From the human T2T-CHM13v2.0 reference genome, Homo sapiens: 64,000 bases of DNA. Where the stretch lies: the NCBI RefSeq assembly GCF_009914755.1, contig NC_060948.1. The stretch is one strand, 5' to 3'. The notes beneath the pieces are model-generated. The model did not search any database. It saw only the letters and a program-made list of their open reading frames with translations, and had not been told where the DNA came from. Below, piece after piece: positions 26,241 through 44,209 of this stretch (position 1 is the stretch's first letter; every line of letters begins with the position of its first letter). Position numbers and translations under genes: made by a program.

Positions 26241-27072
26241 AGGTTCCTTTTAGGATCAGTAGGAGATATTCTATCTCCCTATTTCCCTGGTAAGAACTGA
26301 GCCAGCCTACCATGCATCCTCACAGGAGAGAAAGAATGAACACTATTTCATAACTCGGCTTTAATTATTGATGTTTGGCTCATGACTTCTACGTCTCCTG
26401 GTCCCAAATGGTAAAATATTTTGGTTGTGACCCTAGACACAGGCAAGCAGAGACTTACGAGAATATCTAAATTTCCCTGGCATGTTGGAGAGACAGCTGT
26501 AATTTTCCATGAGGTCTTCCAAGATGATATAGGATACATCAGTTTGTCCCTGTTCTCTCATGCCTCTTTAATGCATTAATTGGAGAAAGGATGACATTGT
26601 CATCCATTGTCATTTTAAAGCATATGCCACTTGTTGAATGCTTAAAATCCATGCTTATACATAATCTCGAGGGCACAGGAAATTCATCAGGAGGCTCAGA
26701 AAACAGTTTCTGAGTATTGCACACAGAAGATGCATTTCGTATGTGTTTAGCTTGTTCAGGGCAAGAACATTTAATTGGCTCACAACCAGGAAAATTGTGG
26801 AGCCATTTCTTGGTAAATTTGGAGAGATGTCTGCAGGTAAGAATGTCAGTGCGCTTAGCTGATTGAAGAGGGAACAGATAGATGCTGCCTAGCCTTGGAC
26901 CACAGGAGCACTTGGCAGAGATAAAGAACATAAGTATTGTGCACAGGGCACCTACTCAGCCATCCTTTCATGTCATAATGCACCGTCTTGTGGACAGGAA
27001 CCTGGGTTTCTAACACTCCTGAAACTTCGTGAAAACTACTTTCAAAATAGTAATAATTGAGGAGATGCCTAC

Positions 27073-27456
27073 TGATATGGTTTGAATTTGTATTCCCACC
27101 CACATGTCTGGTTGAATTACAATCTACCATTTTGGAGAAGGAGCCTGGTGAGAGATGGCTGGATCATGGGAGTGGCTGTCCCCCTTGCTGTTCTCATGAT
27201 AGTGAGTGAATTGTCATGAGATCTGGTTTTGTAAAAGTGTGTGGCACCTCTTCTTTTTCTCTCTTCTTCCTGCTTCTGCCATGTAAGATGTGCCTGCTTC
27301 CCCTTTGCTTCTGCCATAATCCTAAGTTTCCTGAGGCCTCTACAGCCATGCTTCTTGTATAGCCTGTGGTGCCCTGAGCTAATTAAACTCTTCTTTATAA
27401 ATTACCCATTGTCGGGTAGTGTCTTATAACAACACAACTATGGTCTAATAAATACA
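27073..27456 (+). mobile_element. Solo MaLR LTR (MSTA/THE1D-like)
   Basis: tgatatggtttg..ggatcatggg..ctcatgatagtgagtga..taagtttcctgaggcct..ataaattaccca..aataca. Perfect TSD cctac. Confidence 0.9.
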
Positions 27457-27639
27457 CCTACTAACTTAATTTCCCCCATACTATGATTTTTAATTTAAAG
27501 TGGTAGTATTTTTAAATGCATAAATAAAAGGACTTGAAACTTTTGGTCAAGGTAATATGTATACTTGAGTGTGCATGTGATAACAAAAGAGAAATTCAAG
27601 CTTTTTGTTGTCACTGCGGTGTGAAGAAATATGCATATT

Positions 27640-27923
27640 GGCCAGGTGCAGGGGCTCTCGCCTGTAATTCCAGCACTTCGGGAGGCCGAGGAGGGCTGAT
27701 CATGAGGTCAGAAGATTGAGACCATCCTATCTAACACCGTGAAATCCTGTCTCTACTAAAAAAAAAAAAAAAATTAGCCAGGCGTGGTAGCAGTCACTTG
27801 CAGTCCCAGCTACTCGGGGGGCTGAGGCAGGAGAATGGTGTGAACCCGGGAGGTGGGGCTTGCAGTGAGCCGAGATCGCGCCAGCTTGCGCGACACAGTG
27901 AGACTCCATCTAAAAAAAGTAAG

Positions 27924-27958
<35 letters not shown>
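27640..27958 (+). mobile_element. AluY-type with (TAAA)8 tail
   Basis: gagaatggtgtgaacccgggagg..gcttgcagtgagccgagatcgcgcc; small deletion in the right arm. Confidence 0.9.
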
Positions 27959-28029
27959 GAGTGTCTGAAATTGTGATATGCTTAATGTATGTCAATTCGG
28001 TAAGATACAAACTAGTGCACTGGGGGAAA

Positions 28030-28778
28030 AGCTAGATGCATAGATAAATGGATGGATGGATACATACATACGTACATACATACATGCATACACACATACT
28101 TGAAATAGATAGATGAATAGATAGATAAATACATAGATAATTGATATGTCTAGGCACGTGGATGGGTAGGTGGATAGATCAATAATAGGCAAACAGATAA
28201 ATAATTGATAGAGATAGATAGATGAAATAGATGCATAGATTGATAAATAGATAACATAGATTCCTAAATAGATTTGTAGATAGATGCATAAATCGATAGT
28301 TGTGTAGATAGATACATTGGTAGATAGATGGATAGATAGATACATAATAGACACATGCATAAATAAGTGCATAGAGAGATATGTCTAGATGATAGACAGA
28401 TGGATAGATACATAAATATTGGATATAGATAGATGAATACCTATGTAAATAGATAAATAATTTATAGGTACATATAGGTGATAGATAGATGAATAGTATA
28501 CATAGGCAGACAGATAATTGATATATATATAGATAGATGGATAGATTATAGATGGATGAATAGATTGATATGGCTAGATGGCAGACAGATGGCAGATAGG
28601 GAGATGGGTAGATGCAGAGATAAATGGTGGGTAGACATGAATAGATGTTAGAAGGACAGATGATTGAAAGGCTAGATAGATAAGTAGATTATATAGATAA
28701 TAGGCAGACGAGAGTTGAGAAGATAGATAGATAGATAGATACAAAGATAGATACAAAGATAGATATAGAAAAATAGAT
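28030..28778. repeat. Degenerate (GATA)n/(GATG)n/(CATA)n tract, about 750 bp
   Basis: Read directly from the sequence. Confidence 0.9.
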
Positions 28779-28893
28779 ATTTTGCTGCCTGGGATCTCTA
28801 TAATTGGTTTCTGGTAAGAAGCCACTGCTTTCAAACACAAGTGATGCCTCTACATTAAAGTTAAAAATAAGACTTTTATGTAACAATAGAATA

Positions 28894-28974
28894 TTCTGAC
28901 ACTCCCGAAACATTGTGAAGACTACATTCAAAATAGTAGTCATTGAGGAGATGCCTACTTATATGATTTGGATT
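28894..28974 (+). repeat. 81-bp dispersed duplicate of 27008-27088
   Basis: Ungapped alignment, about 11 mismatches by hand count. Confidence 0.85.
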
Positions 28975-29788
28975 GCTCAATTGCTCTCTTTGACACCAAA
29001 TGATTTCCATCTCACAGAGTGTTATAGGAAACATCTCAACACAGAAGGTGTCAAAGAAAGGTTGTCCAGTTCAGCAACGAGGACTGCTTCTAGCTAGTCA
29101 GGGCTTGCACTAATTACCTGAGGAGTTGTGTCAATTTTACACAGTTTTTATCTCATCTCTAAAGTGAGGAGTGGCTATTCAAAGTGTCCTGAACTGTGCT
29201 CCTGAGTAAAAATATTGTTGCGCATGACCCATTGTCCATTATCTTTGTGCGCAGCTATTGGGAAAATTAGAAAGAGAAAGACCAACCTCTCACATTTTGT
29301 CCATGTTCCTAAATTTAAGGAAATTTGCTGAATGTTAAGGTGCTGGCAAAAATCTCTTCACTAATATGTATGTTTAACTAATTTTAATGGTTACTGCAAT
29401 ATTTTACTTGTAGTAAGAGTAGATGGTTGAGACACATCTTCATGAGGAAGGATTAAGTTTCTTAAATTCATATTTCTCAGAAAAGGATTGTGCAATTCTA
29501 GCAACCTATGGGACTGTTCCCAAACATCCTGGAGTGTTGCTGCATTTCAGAGAGTATGATGCAATTTCTTCTATGTTGGCAATATTATTTTGTCTTTGAC
29601 TGTACACATATTTTTACTAATAATTGCTACAAAATAATTAAATGCAACTTCTATAAATACACATCTAAAATCAAGAAGACACTGAATTTTGATGACAAAA
29701 ATCTTTGTATTCATAGCTCTTCCAAGGAAAAGGAAAGAAATAAGGTTTAACTCTCACTGGGATACAGCTTGAAGATTTTATAGTCACA

Positions 29789-30148
29789 TGCCCCAGTCTG
29801 TTTGGTCTGCATAGCAAAAGGTGTTACACTGGATAATTTATAAGAAAAATACATCTATTGCTCACAGTTATGGAGGCTGGAAATCTAATATCAAGGTATC
29901 AAGACATTCAGTGTCCAGTGAAGACTTGCTTCCTGGTTCATAGATGGCACCTTCTTGCTGTGTCCTCACATGGTAGAAGGGGCCAGGGAGTTCTCTGGGG
30001 TCACTTTTATAAGGGCGCTGATGCCATTCTTGAGGCTCCAGCCTAATGACCTTATCACCTCCCAAAGGCACCACGTCCTAATACCATCACTTTGAGATTA
30101 GGTTTCAATATAAGAATTGGAGGGGCCATAAACATACAGATCATAGCT
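29789..30148 (-). mobile_element. MaLR LTR, MLT1A/A0-like
   Basis: ctcacagttatggaggctgg..cttcttgctgtgtcctcacatgg..cacctcccaaaggc..taataccatcac. Confidence 0.85.
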
Positions 30149-30735
30149 CTCTGTAATATCTGATGATGGCTAATTTTGTGCGCATAAACGTTGGCAAGGC
30201 TGTGGTGATTGGTTGCCTGGCAAACCACTACTCTAGATGTTTCTGTTCAGGTATTTTGTAGAGGTGAATAACATTTACAATCAGTAAGCCTTGAGTACAG
30301 CAGAGTATTCTGTCTAATATGAGTGGGACTCATCCAGTGACATACAAACTTGAAGAGCAAAGACTCAGGTTTGCCCCCCAAAAAAGGAACTCTGGCTCAA
30401 GACTGCAAAGCACAAATCCTGACTGAATTTCCAGTCTGTGGGCCTGTGCTGAAGATTTAGTGCTTGCAAATGGACCATGAATGTTTACGCAAATTACCCT
30501 GCCAGCCTTGGCTCTATATTTTTTTTTTTGTTTATACTTTAAGTTCTGCGGTACATGGTGCAGAATGTGCACTTTTGTTATATAGGTATACACGTGCCAT
30601 GGTGGTTTGCTGCACCCATCAGCCCATCATCTACATTAGGTATTTCTCCTTATGCTATGCCTCCCCTATCCCCCTACCTCCAGACAGGACCCAGTGTGTG
30701 ATGTTCCCCTCCCTGTGTCCATGTGTTCTCATTGT

Positions 30736-34667
<3,932 letters not shown>

Positions 34668-34730
34668 TATGATACTAGCTGGTTATTTTGCCCATTAGTT
34701 GATGCAGTTTCTTCATAGTATCTATGGTCT

Positions 34731-35753
34731 TTACAATTTGGCATGTTTTTGCAGTGGCTGGTACCAGTTGTTCCTTTCCCTGTTTAGTGCTTCCTTCAGG
34801 AGTGCTTGTAAGGCAGTCCTGGTGGTGACAAAATCTCTCAGCATTTGCTTGTCTGTAAAAGATTTTATTTCTCCTTCAACTTATGAAGCTTAGTTTGGCT
34901 GGATGTGAAATTCTGGATTGAAAATTCTTTTCTTTAAGAATGTTGACTATTTGCCCCCACTTTCTTCTAGCTTGTATGGTTTCTGCAGAGAGATCCACCG
35001 TTAGTCTGATGGGCTTCCCTTTGTGGGTAACCCTACTTTTCTCCCTGGATTATCTTAACATTTTTTCCTTCATTTAACGTTGGTGAATCTGATGATTATG
35101 GGTCTTGGGATTTCTCCTACCCAGGAGTATCTTTGTGGTGTTCTCTCTGTTTCCTGAATTTGAATGTTGTCCTGCCTTCCCAGGTTGGAGGAGTTCTCCT
35201 GGATAATATCCTGAAGAGTGTTTTCCCTCTTGGTTCCGTGCTCCCTGTCACTTTCAGGCACCCAAATCAAACGTAGATTTGGTCTTTTCACCTATTCTCA
35301 TATATCTTGGAGGTTTTATTTGTTCCTTTTTATTCTATTTTCTCTAACCTTGTCTTCCTACTTTTTTTCTTTAAATTGATCTTCAATCTTTGATATGCTC
35401 TCTTCTGCTCGATTGATTTGGCTATTGATAGTTGTGTATGTTTTACGAAGTTCTTGTGCTGTCTTTATCAGCTCCATCAGGTCATTTATCTTCTTCTCTA
35501 AACTGGTTATTCTAGTTAGAAATTTGTCTTAACTTTTTTCATGGTTCTTACCTTTCTTGCATTGGGTTAGGTCATGCTCCTTTAGCTCAGAGGAGTTTAT
35601 TACCCACCTTCTGAAGCCTACTTGTGTCAATTCATCAAACGTATTCTCCATCCAGTTTTGTTCCCTTGCTGGAGAGGAGTTGTGTTCCCTTGGAGGAGAA
35701 GAGGTGTTCTGGTTTTTGGAATTTTCAGGCTTCTTGTGCTGCTTTCTCCCCAT
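34731..35753 (-). pseudogene. Disrupted L1 ORF1
   Basis: MGRKQHKKPENSKNQ.. and KRPNLRLI fragments in the ORF track. Confidence 0.9.
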
Positions 35754-36664
35754 CTTTATGGATTTATCTTCCTTTGGTCTTTGATGTTTGTGACCTTTGG
35801 ATGTGGTCTCTGACTGTATGTGCTATTTTTTTTCTGTTTGTTAGTTTTTCTTCTAACAGGCCCCTCTGCTGCAGGTCTGCTAGAGTTTGCTGGAGGTCCA
35901 CTCCCAACACTGTCTGTATCACCAGCAGAGGCTGCAGAATAGCACCAATTGCTGCCTCTTCTTTCTTCTGGAAGCTTTGTCACAGAGGAGCACCTGCCAG
36001 TTGCCAGCCAGAGCTCTCCTGTTAGGTGTCTCTTGGCATCTACTGGGAAGTACCTCCCAGTCAGGATACAGACGGGTCAGGGACCCACTTGAGGAGGCAG
36101 TCTGACCCTTAGCAAAGTTTGAATGCTGTCCTGAGACATCTGCAGCTCTCTTCAGAGCCATAAGGCAGGGACTCTTAAGTCTGCTGAAGCTGCCCACACA
36201 GCCACACCTTCCCCCAAGTGCTCTGTCCCAGGGAGATGGGAGTTTTATCTATAAGTCCCTGACTGGGGATACTGGCTTTTTTTCAGGGATGCCCTGACCA
36301 GAGAGGACAAATCTGGCAGTCTGGCCATGGTGGCCTTGCTGAGCTGCAGTGAGCCCCACCCAGTTCTGCCTCTAAATCTTAAACTTGTGAATCTCCATAA
36401 CTAAATTAGACAGCTTCTTAAAATAAACGTATATTTCCTGTTGGTTATGTTTCTCTGTAGTACTTTGTCTAATACACATATTTTCACCATATTATCTGCT
36501 CATGTGCAACCAAGAGTGATTTTTTTTGAACACTCATTTAGTACCAACATATGTTATATATGACTGAGTCAATAGTTATGATGGATCTTAGCTAACACTT
36601 CACAAGATATCAGAGGACATGGATGTCTTTATTTGCAAACTGATTTCATAATCAGTTTCCTTTG

Positions 36665-36808
36665 GATTCAGGAGAGCTGATAATGGAAATTCCAGCCTGA
36701 GTCTGAAGATCTGAGACCCAGGAGAACTGATGGTGTGAGTTCCAGTCTGAGTCTGAAGGCCTGAGACCCAGAAAACCTGGTGCTGAGTTAGATTTTGAAG
36801 GCTGACAG
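36665..36808 (-). mobile_element. MLT2B-like internal fragment with about 50-bp tandem units
   Basis: caggagagctgat..ttccagcctgagtctgaagatctgagacc repeated. Confidence 0.6.
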
Positions 36809-36809
36809 C

Positions 36810-37372
36810 CTATATAAACATAATCCCAGAATGTATACATAATATAGTGTATATGTAATAAACATATCGACACATATACATATTAATGTATGTTTATATG
36901 TAGGAATGTTTAAATTCTATATTATATTCATATATTTATGTTTATTACACATGTATATTTGTATATATTTATATATACATATTTATGTTTATATTTATAT
37001 GTAATAGATACTTATATGCATGTTTATCTATTTATATATAAATAAATTTATATATGCATATATAGTATATGCTTATATATGTACATATATACATATTTAT
37101 GTACTATATATGTATACATTTATATATGTATATAAACATATTCATATACATAGGTTTATAGATTAACATATATAAAATTATATATTCATACATATATATT
37201 CTATATGAATATATATTCATTTACATATTACATATACATTTATATACATATAAATAGATAAACATATGTACTATAGTAGTTACATATGTTCATTGCATAT
37301 ATATATACTATACTGTCTGTGTGTATATATATTTCTAGAATACATATATTTCTGGAATATATATATATATTT
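36810..37372. repeat. Degenerate (TA)n/(TACA)n low-complexity tract
   Basis: Read directly from the sequence. Confidence 0.9.
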
Positions 37373-39590
37373 AGTATTGAACTTCAATATAAGTGAGAAT
37401 CTATAATTCCTAGAAAAGCATGTAATAGAGTGGCTACATTCAGGTATAAAGTCTCTGTTGTATTTTATAATACCAGTATTCCCCCTTGATTATTACTAAA
37501 TTATTTACAGAATAACATGATCTTAAATGATTGGTTATCATACGAATAGAACTGAAACCAAAGGCCAGGGTCACAGAATGGTAATAACATGTGAGAATAT
37601 TAAGAGTCAAATAAATAAAACAGCCAACAACTAGCTTCTGTAGAAAAAAATAAGTGCCTGATGTGAACACACACAGGAGACACTGGTTTTATACTAAGCA
37701 CAGTACTGGTCCTAAGAAATGAAAATATTAGAGCAATGTTTACGAATACGTGCCCTTTAAGAAACCCTCATCTCTCATTATTGTGAGGAGTAAATTTAAG
37801 CACCACAATCTCTAGTGTCAATCTGCTATAATTACTCTACATGGCCACCACAAATGTGATAAATCAAACCAATGTCTTAATGAAATACGAACAAAACTCT
37901 GTATCTTCAGGACTTGGTTTAATGAAACCAAGGAAAAACTCTGAAGTTATTTGATTAAAATAAAAATATCAATCCTATTCATCTGTCCCCTGCACCTCAC
38001 TTTCATTTACAAGTCTTGAAACCAAAAAGACAAACCTATATTTCTTCTCATTCTGCAGTCTCCTGTGAAAAGAAACCTTCCCATTCCTATAGAACCACAT
38101 CTTACAACACAGAAAAGAAACAGTTGGTATCAAGCTCTGGTGTAGCATTCTAAAAAGTTATTATGAGAGGTCTTCCTCCATAGAGTAGATTTCATTTTGC
38201 TTTATTCATTTTTGTGATTTAGAGTCATGGGGAAAAGATAACCACAGACACACATATGCATACTTGGAAGGCTGCAAAACATGGATGTCCAGGTGAATCT
38301 ACCAGTGAGACACAATGCCAAGAGAGTTGTGTTGAATTTCAGTAGCCAGAAAAAAAGCTGTAATTTGCACTCACATTCACAAATGCACATTCACACACAC
38401 ATATCCATTTCCAACATGAAAATATTCTTGTATCATTGAAATTAATCTGATTAGGTCATGAAAAACATACTATTTACATTCTGGGCTCACATCTGCTTGG
38501 TATGGATGTAGAAATTTTGCATCAATTCATCATAAATAATTTTAATCTATAGGTGTTGGCCTTCAGTGATATCAAATATGAAGATTAATGCTTTAAAAGT
38601 TTTCTTTCTTTGTATGCAGTCTAAACAGCTTCATTATCACTGAAAGCCTATGTTATATTATGTAAAATTTATGGGAGCAAACATTTACAGTTGAGCATGA
38701 TTAAGAATCGCATTGATATATTTAGTGATAATTACATAATAACACTTCATATACCTTCTGTTGATAGTTGAATTATTTTTGTTTCCCTTACAACTCATTT
38801 TGTCTAGTTTCTGCATTTATGTATATTATTCATCCATGAATTAAATTGTATAATATGAAGCTGAATTCCTTTCTACTTTCTTGTGTATTCTCTTTTCTAA
38901 CACTATTACGTTTCTCCTGCCTTTCTGTTCCCACTTCTGCATTTTAATTCCCATCAACTTATATTTTTATGTTTTTGAGGTGATAGCTTTATTCAGGTCT
39001 GCAACAATGTTCACATTTTCAGTGACGGTTATGACTCTAAAACTTAAAAATCTATGATAACATCTGTAAGTCTCTACAATTATTGTTATTTTAAACAGTA
39101 GAGCCAATTATGCTGTTACAATTGAATTTTTCACCTCTACAATTATCAGTGATTCTACATCATCGACAACAACAGAAGCACAAATGGTGCCCCTTTCATG
39201 AATATTTTATTTAGAATATGTATAAATGATACATATCTTGAATACTTGCTTTCACTTTTTCAATTGCCCTCTTTTCTCCAAGCACAACATTTCTCTAGCT
39301 TAGCCTTGGTGTTTTCCAGTTAATTGGAAACCATATTACTGGTACCAGAGTGCATTCTTCATCTAACACCAACTTCCTTTTCCACATTGGGCCAGTTAAG
39401 CTTTTTTAAATTAATTAATTATTATTTTTTTTAAATTAGTTTATTCAGTGGGAGGTACAAGTGTTTTTTTGGTCACATGGATGAATTATATAGTGATGAA
39501 TACTGAGATTTTAATGCATCCATCACCCATGTAGTATATATTGTTCCAAATATGTAGTTTTCTATCCACACCTCCCTCCCCCGATCCCTT

Positions 39591-39682
39591 CTGACTCTCT
39601 AAAGTCCATTATATCTGACTCTCTAAAGTCCATTATATCTCTAAAGTCCATTATATCTCTAAAGTCCATTATATCATTATAT
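39591..39682. repeat. Minisatellite: 24,24,18,18-bp units with core ctctaaagtccattatat
   Basis: Four identical 18-bp cores. Confidence 0.95.
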
Positions 39683-40035
39683 GAGTATGCCTTTGCATCC
39701 TCATAGCTTAGCTCTCACTTATAAGTGAACATACAATGTTTGGTTTTCCATTCTGAGTTACTTCCCTTAGAATGGTGTCCTCCAGCTTCATCCAAGTTGC
39801 TGCAAAAGACATTACTTCATTCCTTCTTATGGCTGAGTTGTATTCCATGATGTATATATACCATATTTTCTTTATCTACTCATTAAACAATGAGTTAGTT
39901 CCACTTTTTTGTAATTGTAAATTGTGCTACTGTAAACATACATATGCGAGTGTCTTTTTCACATAAAGACTTCTTTTTCTTTGGGTAGATACCCAGTAGT
40001 GGGATTGCTGTATTGAATGACAGATCTACTATTAG

Positions 40036-40345
<310 letters not shown>

Positions 40346-41679
40346 TACTGTTAGCTTTTTAAGGAATCTTCATACTGTTTTCCCTAGAGGTTGCACTAAT
40401 TTACATCCCCACCAGCAATGAGTAAGTGTTCCTTTTTCCCCAAATCCATGCCAATATCTATTTTTTTCTGAGTTTTTAATAATGGCCATTCTTACAGGAG
40501 TAAGGTGGTATCTCATTTTTCTTTTAATTTGTATTTTCCTGATTACTAGTGATGTTGAGCATTTTTTTTCATGTTTCTTGGCCATTTGTATTTTTTTTTT
40601 GAGAAATGTCTATTCATGTCTTTTGCCTACTTTTTAATGGAATTATTTGATTTTTTTCTAGGTGATTTGTTTGAGTTCCTTGTAGATTATGGATAGTAGT
40701 CCTTTGTCAAATGCACAGTTTGAAAATATTTTCTTCTATTCTGTGATTTTTCTGTTTATTCAGTTGATTATTTCTTTTTATTTATTTTCAATGCCTTTAT
40801 GATGATTACCTTTTTAAATTTATTGTGCTGAGCTTTTATCATTTCCTGGCACTCCACTTTTGCCTTTTGAATTTGGACCTGCCTATCTGTTTCTCCCTTA
40901 ATTCATCACTCAACACTCAACTTATGGGTGACATTAAAATCCTTTGCTATTCAGAAATTCACACCTCCACTGGGAGAGAGATTTGGTGGAAGATTTAACT
41001 TGGAGAACCGTGAAGTTAAGGAAGCTCAGAAGAGAGGAAAAAATAACTGCTTATCCAACATGGACAGCCACCTACCACAAGAAAATTGGCTTTAATTTTG
41101 TGACATTTGTTTTTTTCCATCTGACAATTATAAATAAAGGGTCTATCTCTGTGTGTGTTACTTTCCTTTAAAAATGGACATTTTATAATATATAAATGTT
41201 AAATTTAATAATCATCTGTTCAAAATTATTTCTTCATGTATGAATATTAAACATGTATTATTGATTCTTATTCTCAAAGAATCAGATATTAAGGAGAAAA
41301 ATTATTACTCTACCTTCCTATAATCATTCCAGTCTTATTTTATTTCTAATTTTTCTAGTGATTCCTCTAAACTCTTCAAGAATATCCATGAATCTACACC
41401 TCAATGTATCATCCTTAAAATATCTGCTTACTTTCTTTATGAAAAGGGGGATAGAAATTGATTTCAACTTCTATCTGGCAGTCTCTCCCAATCCTCTTCC
41501 ACTTTTTATTAATATTATTATTTCTCTATTTTCCATTTGTAGAACATTTAAATTATGCATATCAACCACTTATCCCTGTACAGTGTTGGTGAAATGTTGA
41601 GTATGGATTTATTGTTCACTAATTTTCTGTACTGTCTGTGTGTCACTTTAAAAAATTTAGAGTAAGTTTTTAAACTTTT

Positions 41680-42805
41680 AAATTATTATTGGTATATAAT
41701 AGTAGCATGTGTTTATGAGGTACAAGTGCTGTTTTGATACAAGCAGATATTGTGTAATGATCAAATTAAGCTAACTGGAATACCCATCACCTCAAGAATT
41801 CATTATTTATTTGTATTAGGAATATTTCAATTCCATTATTTTAGTTATTTTTAAACATATGATAAATTATTGTTAACTATAGTGACTGTATTGTAACTAC
41901 TGTACAGTAGATCTTCTTTCTTTCTGACTGTATTTTTGTAGACAATATTCATCCAAGGTTACCCCCTCCCCAATACCCTTCCCAGTCTCTGGTAACCACA
42001 ATTCTACTCTCTACCTCCATGAGTTCTTTTTTTTCTTTTTCTTTTTCTTTTTTTTTTTTTTGAGATGGAGTTTTGCTCTCATTGTCCAGTCTGTAGTGCA
42101 GTGGCACAATCTCAGGTCAATGCAACCTCCCCTTTCAGGTTTAAGTAATTCTCCTGACTCAGCCTCCTGAGCAGCTGGGATTACAGGCACTTGCCCCCAT
42201 GCCCAGCTAATTTTTTGTATTTTTAGTAGAGATGGGGTTTCACTGTGTTAACCAGGCTGGCCTCAAACTCCTGACCTCATGCGATTCACCTGCCTTGGCC
42301 TACCAAAGTGCTGGGTTTACAGGCATGAGCCACTGTACCTGGCCCATGAGTTCAATTTTTAACATTTTTAACTTTTACATATGAATGAGAAAATGTGAAA
42401 ATTGTCTTTCTGTGGCTGGTTTGTTTCATTTCAGATAATGACCTCCAGCTCCATCCATGTTGTTGAAAATGGCAGCATTGCATTCTTTTTTATGCTGAAT
42501 AATATTCTCTTGTGTATATACCACATTGTCCTTATTCATTTATCCATAGGCACTTAGATTACTTCCAAATCTTGGCTATTGTGAAATACTGCTACAATAA
42601 ACAAGGGAGTGCAGGTATACTTTTGATGTACCCATTTCATTTCCATTGGATAGATATCCAATAGAGGAATTGCTGGATCATGTAGTAGTTCTATTTTTAG
42701 TTTTTTGAGGAAGCTTCATACTGTTTTTCATAGTGTTTGTACAAATTTACATTCCCATCAACAATGTAGGAGAGTTTCTCTTTGATCATATCTTTCTCAG
42801 CATTA
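41680..42805 (-). mobile_element. L1MA-like 3' end with nested Alu
   Basis: gtacaagtgctgttttgatac..gtgtaatgatcaaat..cccatcacctcaag; ttgctggatcatgtagtagttctattttt. Confidence 0.8.
42027..42344 (-). mobile_element. AluS (Sq/Sp-like)
   Basis: Perfect TSD catgagttc (42018-42026 / 42345-42353). Confidence 0.95.
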
Positions 42806-42821
42806 AGAAAGATTTTTTTAA

Positions 42822-43235
<414 letters not shown>

Positions 43236-43505
43236 CTAAGCTAAATTAAAAGCAATTATAATACCTGACCCAGGACTGCATTGGTATTATGAAAAAAAAT
43301 AACCAAATGGGAATAGGATAGCCTGGCATCCAGTAGAGCAAATCAGAGAAAATCAAGAAATGCTGAATAGAAGATTTATTATTCCCTCTGGGAAAACTGA
43401 TGTAAACATTTTTTTTCAGAGAAAATTCAGGGAGCGGCCACTCTTTCAAAACAGTGGGTTTTTGTTTTTGTTTGTTTCTTTGTTTTTTGTTTGTTTGTTT
43501 GTTTG

Positions 43506-43800
43506 TTTTTTGAGACGGAGTCTCGCTCTGTCGCCCAGGCTGGAGTGCAGTGGCGGGATCTCGGCTCACTGGCTCACTGCAAGCTCCGCCTCCCGGGTTC
43601 ACGCCATTCTCCTGCCTCAGCCTCCCAAGTAGCTGGGACTACAGGCGCCCGCCACTACGCCCGGCTAATTTTTTGTATTTTTAGTAGAGACGGGGTTTCA
43701 CCGTTTTAGCCGGGATGGTCTCGATCTCCTGACCTCGTGATCCTTCCGCCTCGGCCTCCCAAAGTGCTGGGATTACAGGCGTGAGCCACCGCGCCCGGCC
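43506..43800 (-). mobile_element. AluYa5
   Basis: Nearly all CpGs intact. Ya5 diagnostics on the reverse strand: ATCCCGGCTAAAACGG, GGGCGTAGTGG, GCTACTTGGG, GAGATCCCGCC. TT/AAAA endonuclease site at 43810-43817. Confidence 0.92.
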
Positions 43801-44209
43801 GTTTGTTTGTTTTTAAATAAAACTTGCTTGTGGCTGAGGTTGGGATGATGGTGGGTTTTCTTCATCATGAACATTTTCACCCTTTTCACTCTCTCTCAGA
43901 GAATGGCACAGCTTGTTCATGATGCGTTAGGATGTCAAATAATATTGCTCTAGGATGTCAAATAATATTCCAGGTTATTCAGTAAACAACAAGTTCAGAC
44001 TCTTCTGTTGATGGAACTCCTTTAATCAAGGCAGCCTAGACCACAGCTAGGACTTGGCATTCTTCCAAGTCTGATTTCTATTTCTGTGAACGTTGCAAAA
44101 TTTCTGGTCCATGAGAAGGTACCCTCTATCTCTATATTCAGATTCATAGCAGAATTACACAGAAAGAGTGGTGACAACTTTCATCTCATAGCACTACGTT
44201 TTTCCTACC

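Noticed and set aside
27992-28943. ORFs rich in I/Y/L/S
   Set aside because: Translations of the reverse GATA tract
36665-36808. Novel 50-bp tandem repeat
   Set aside because: Matches the internal tandem unit normal to MLT2B/C LTRs, also seen once near 14880-14920
39591-39682. CRISPR-like array of identical repeats
   Set aside because: Units are adjacent with no unique spacers, lie inside an L1, and have no cas genes nearby; it is a eukaryotic minisatellite
43506-43800. Identity with the YAP (DYS287) Alu polymorphism
   Set aside because: I cannot match the flanks from memory, so there is no support for the identification
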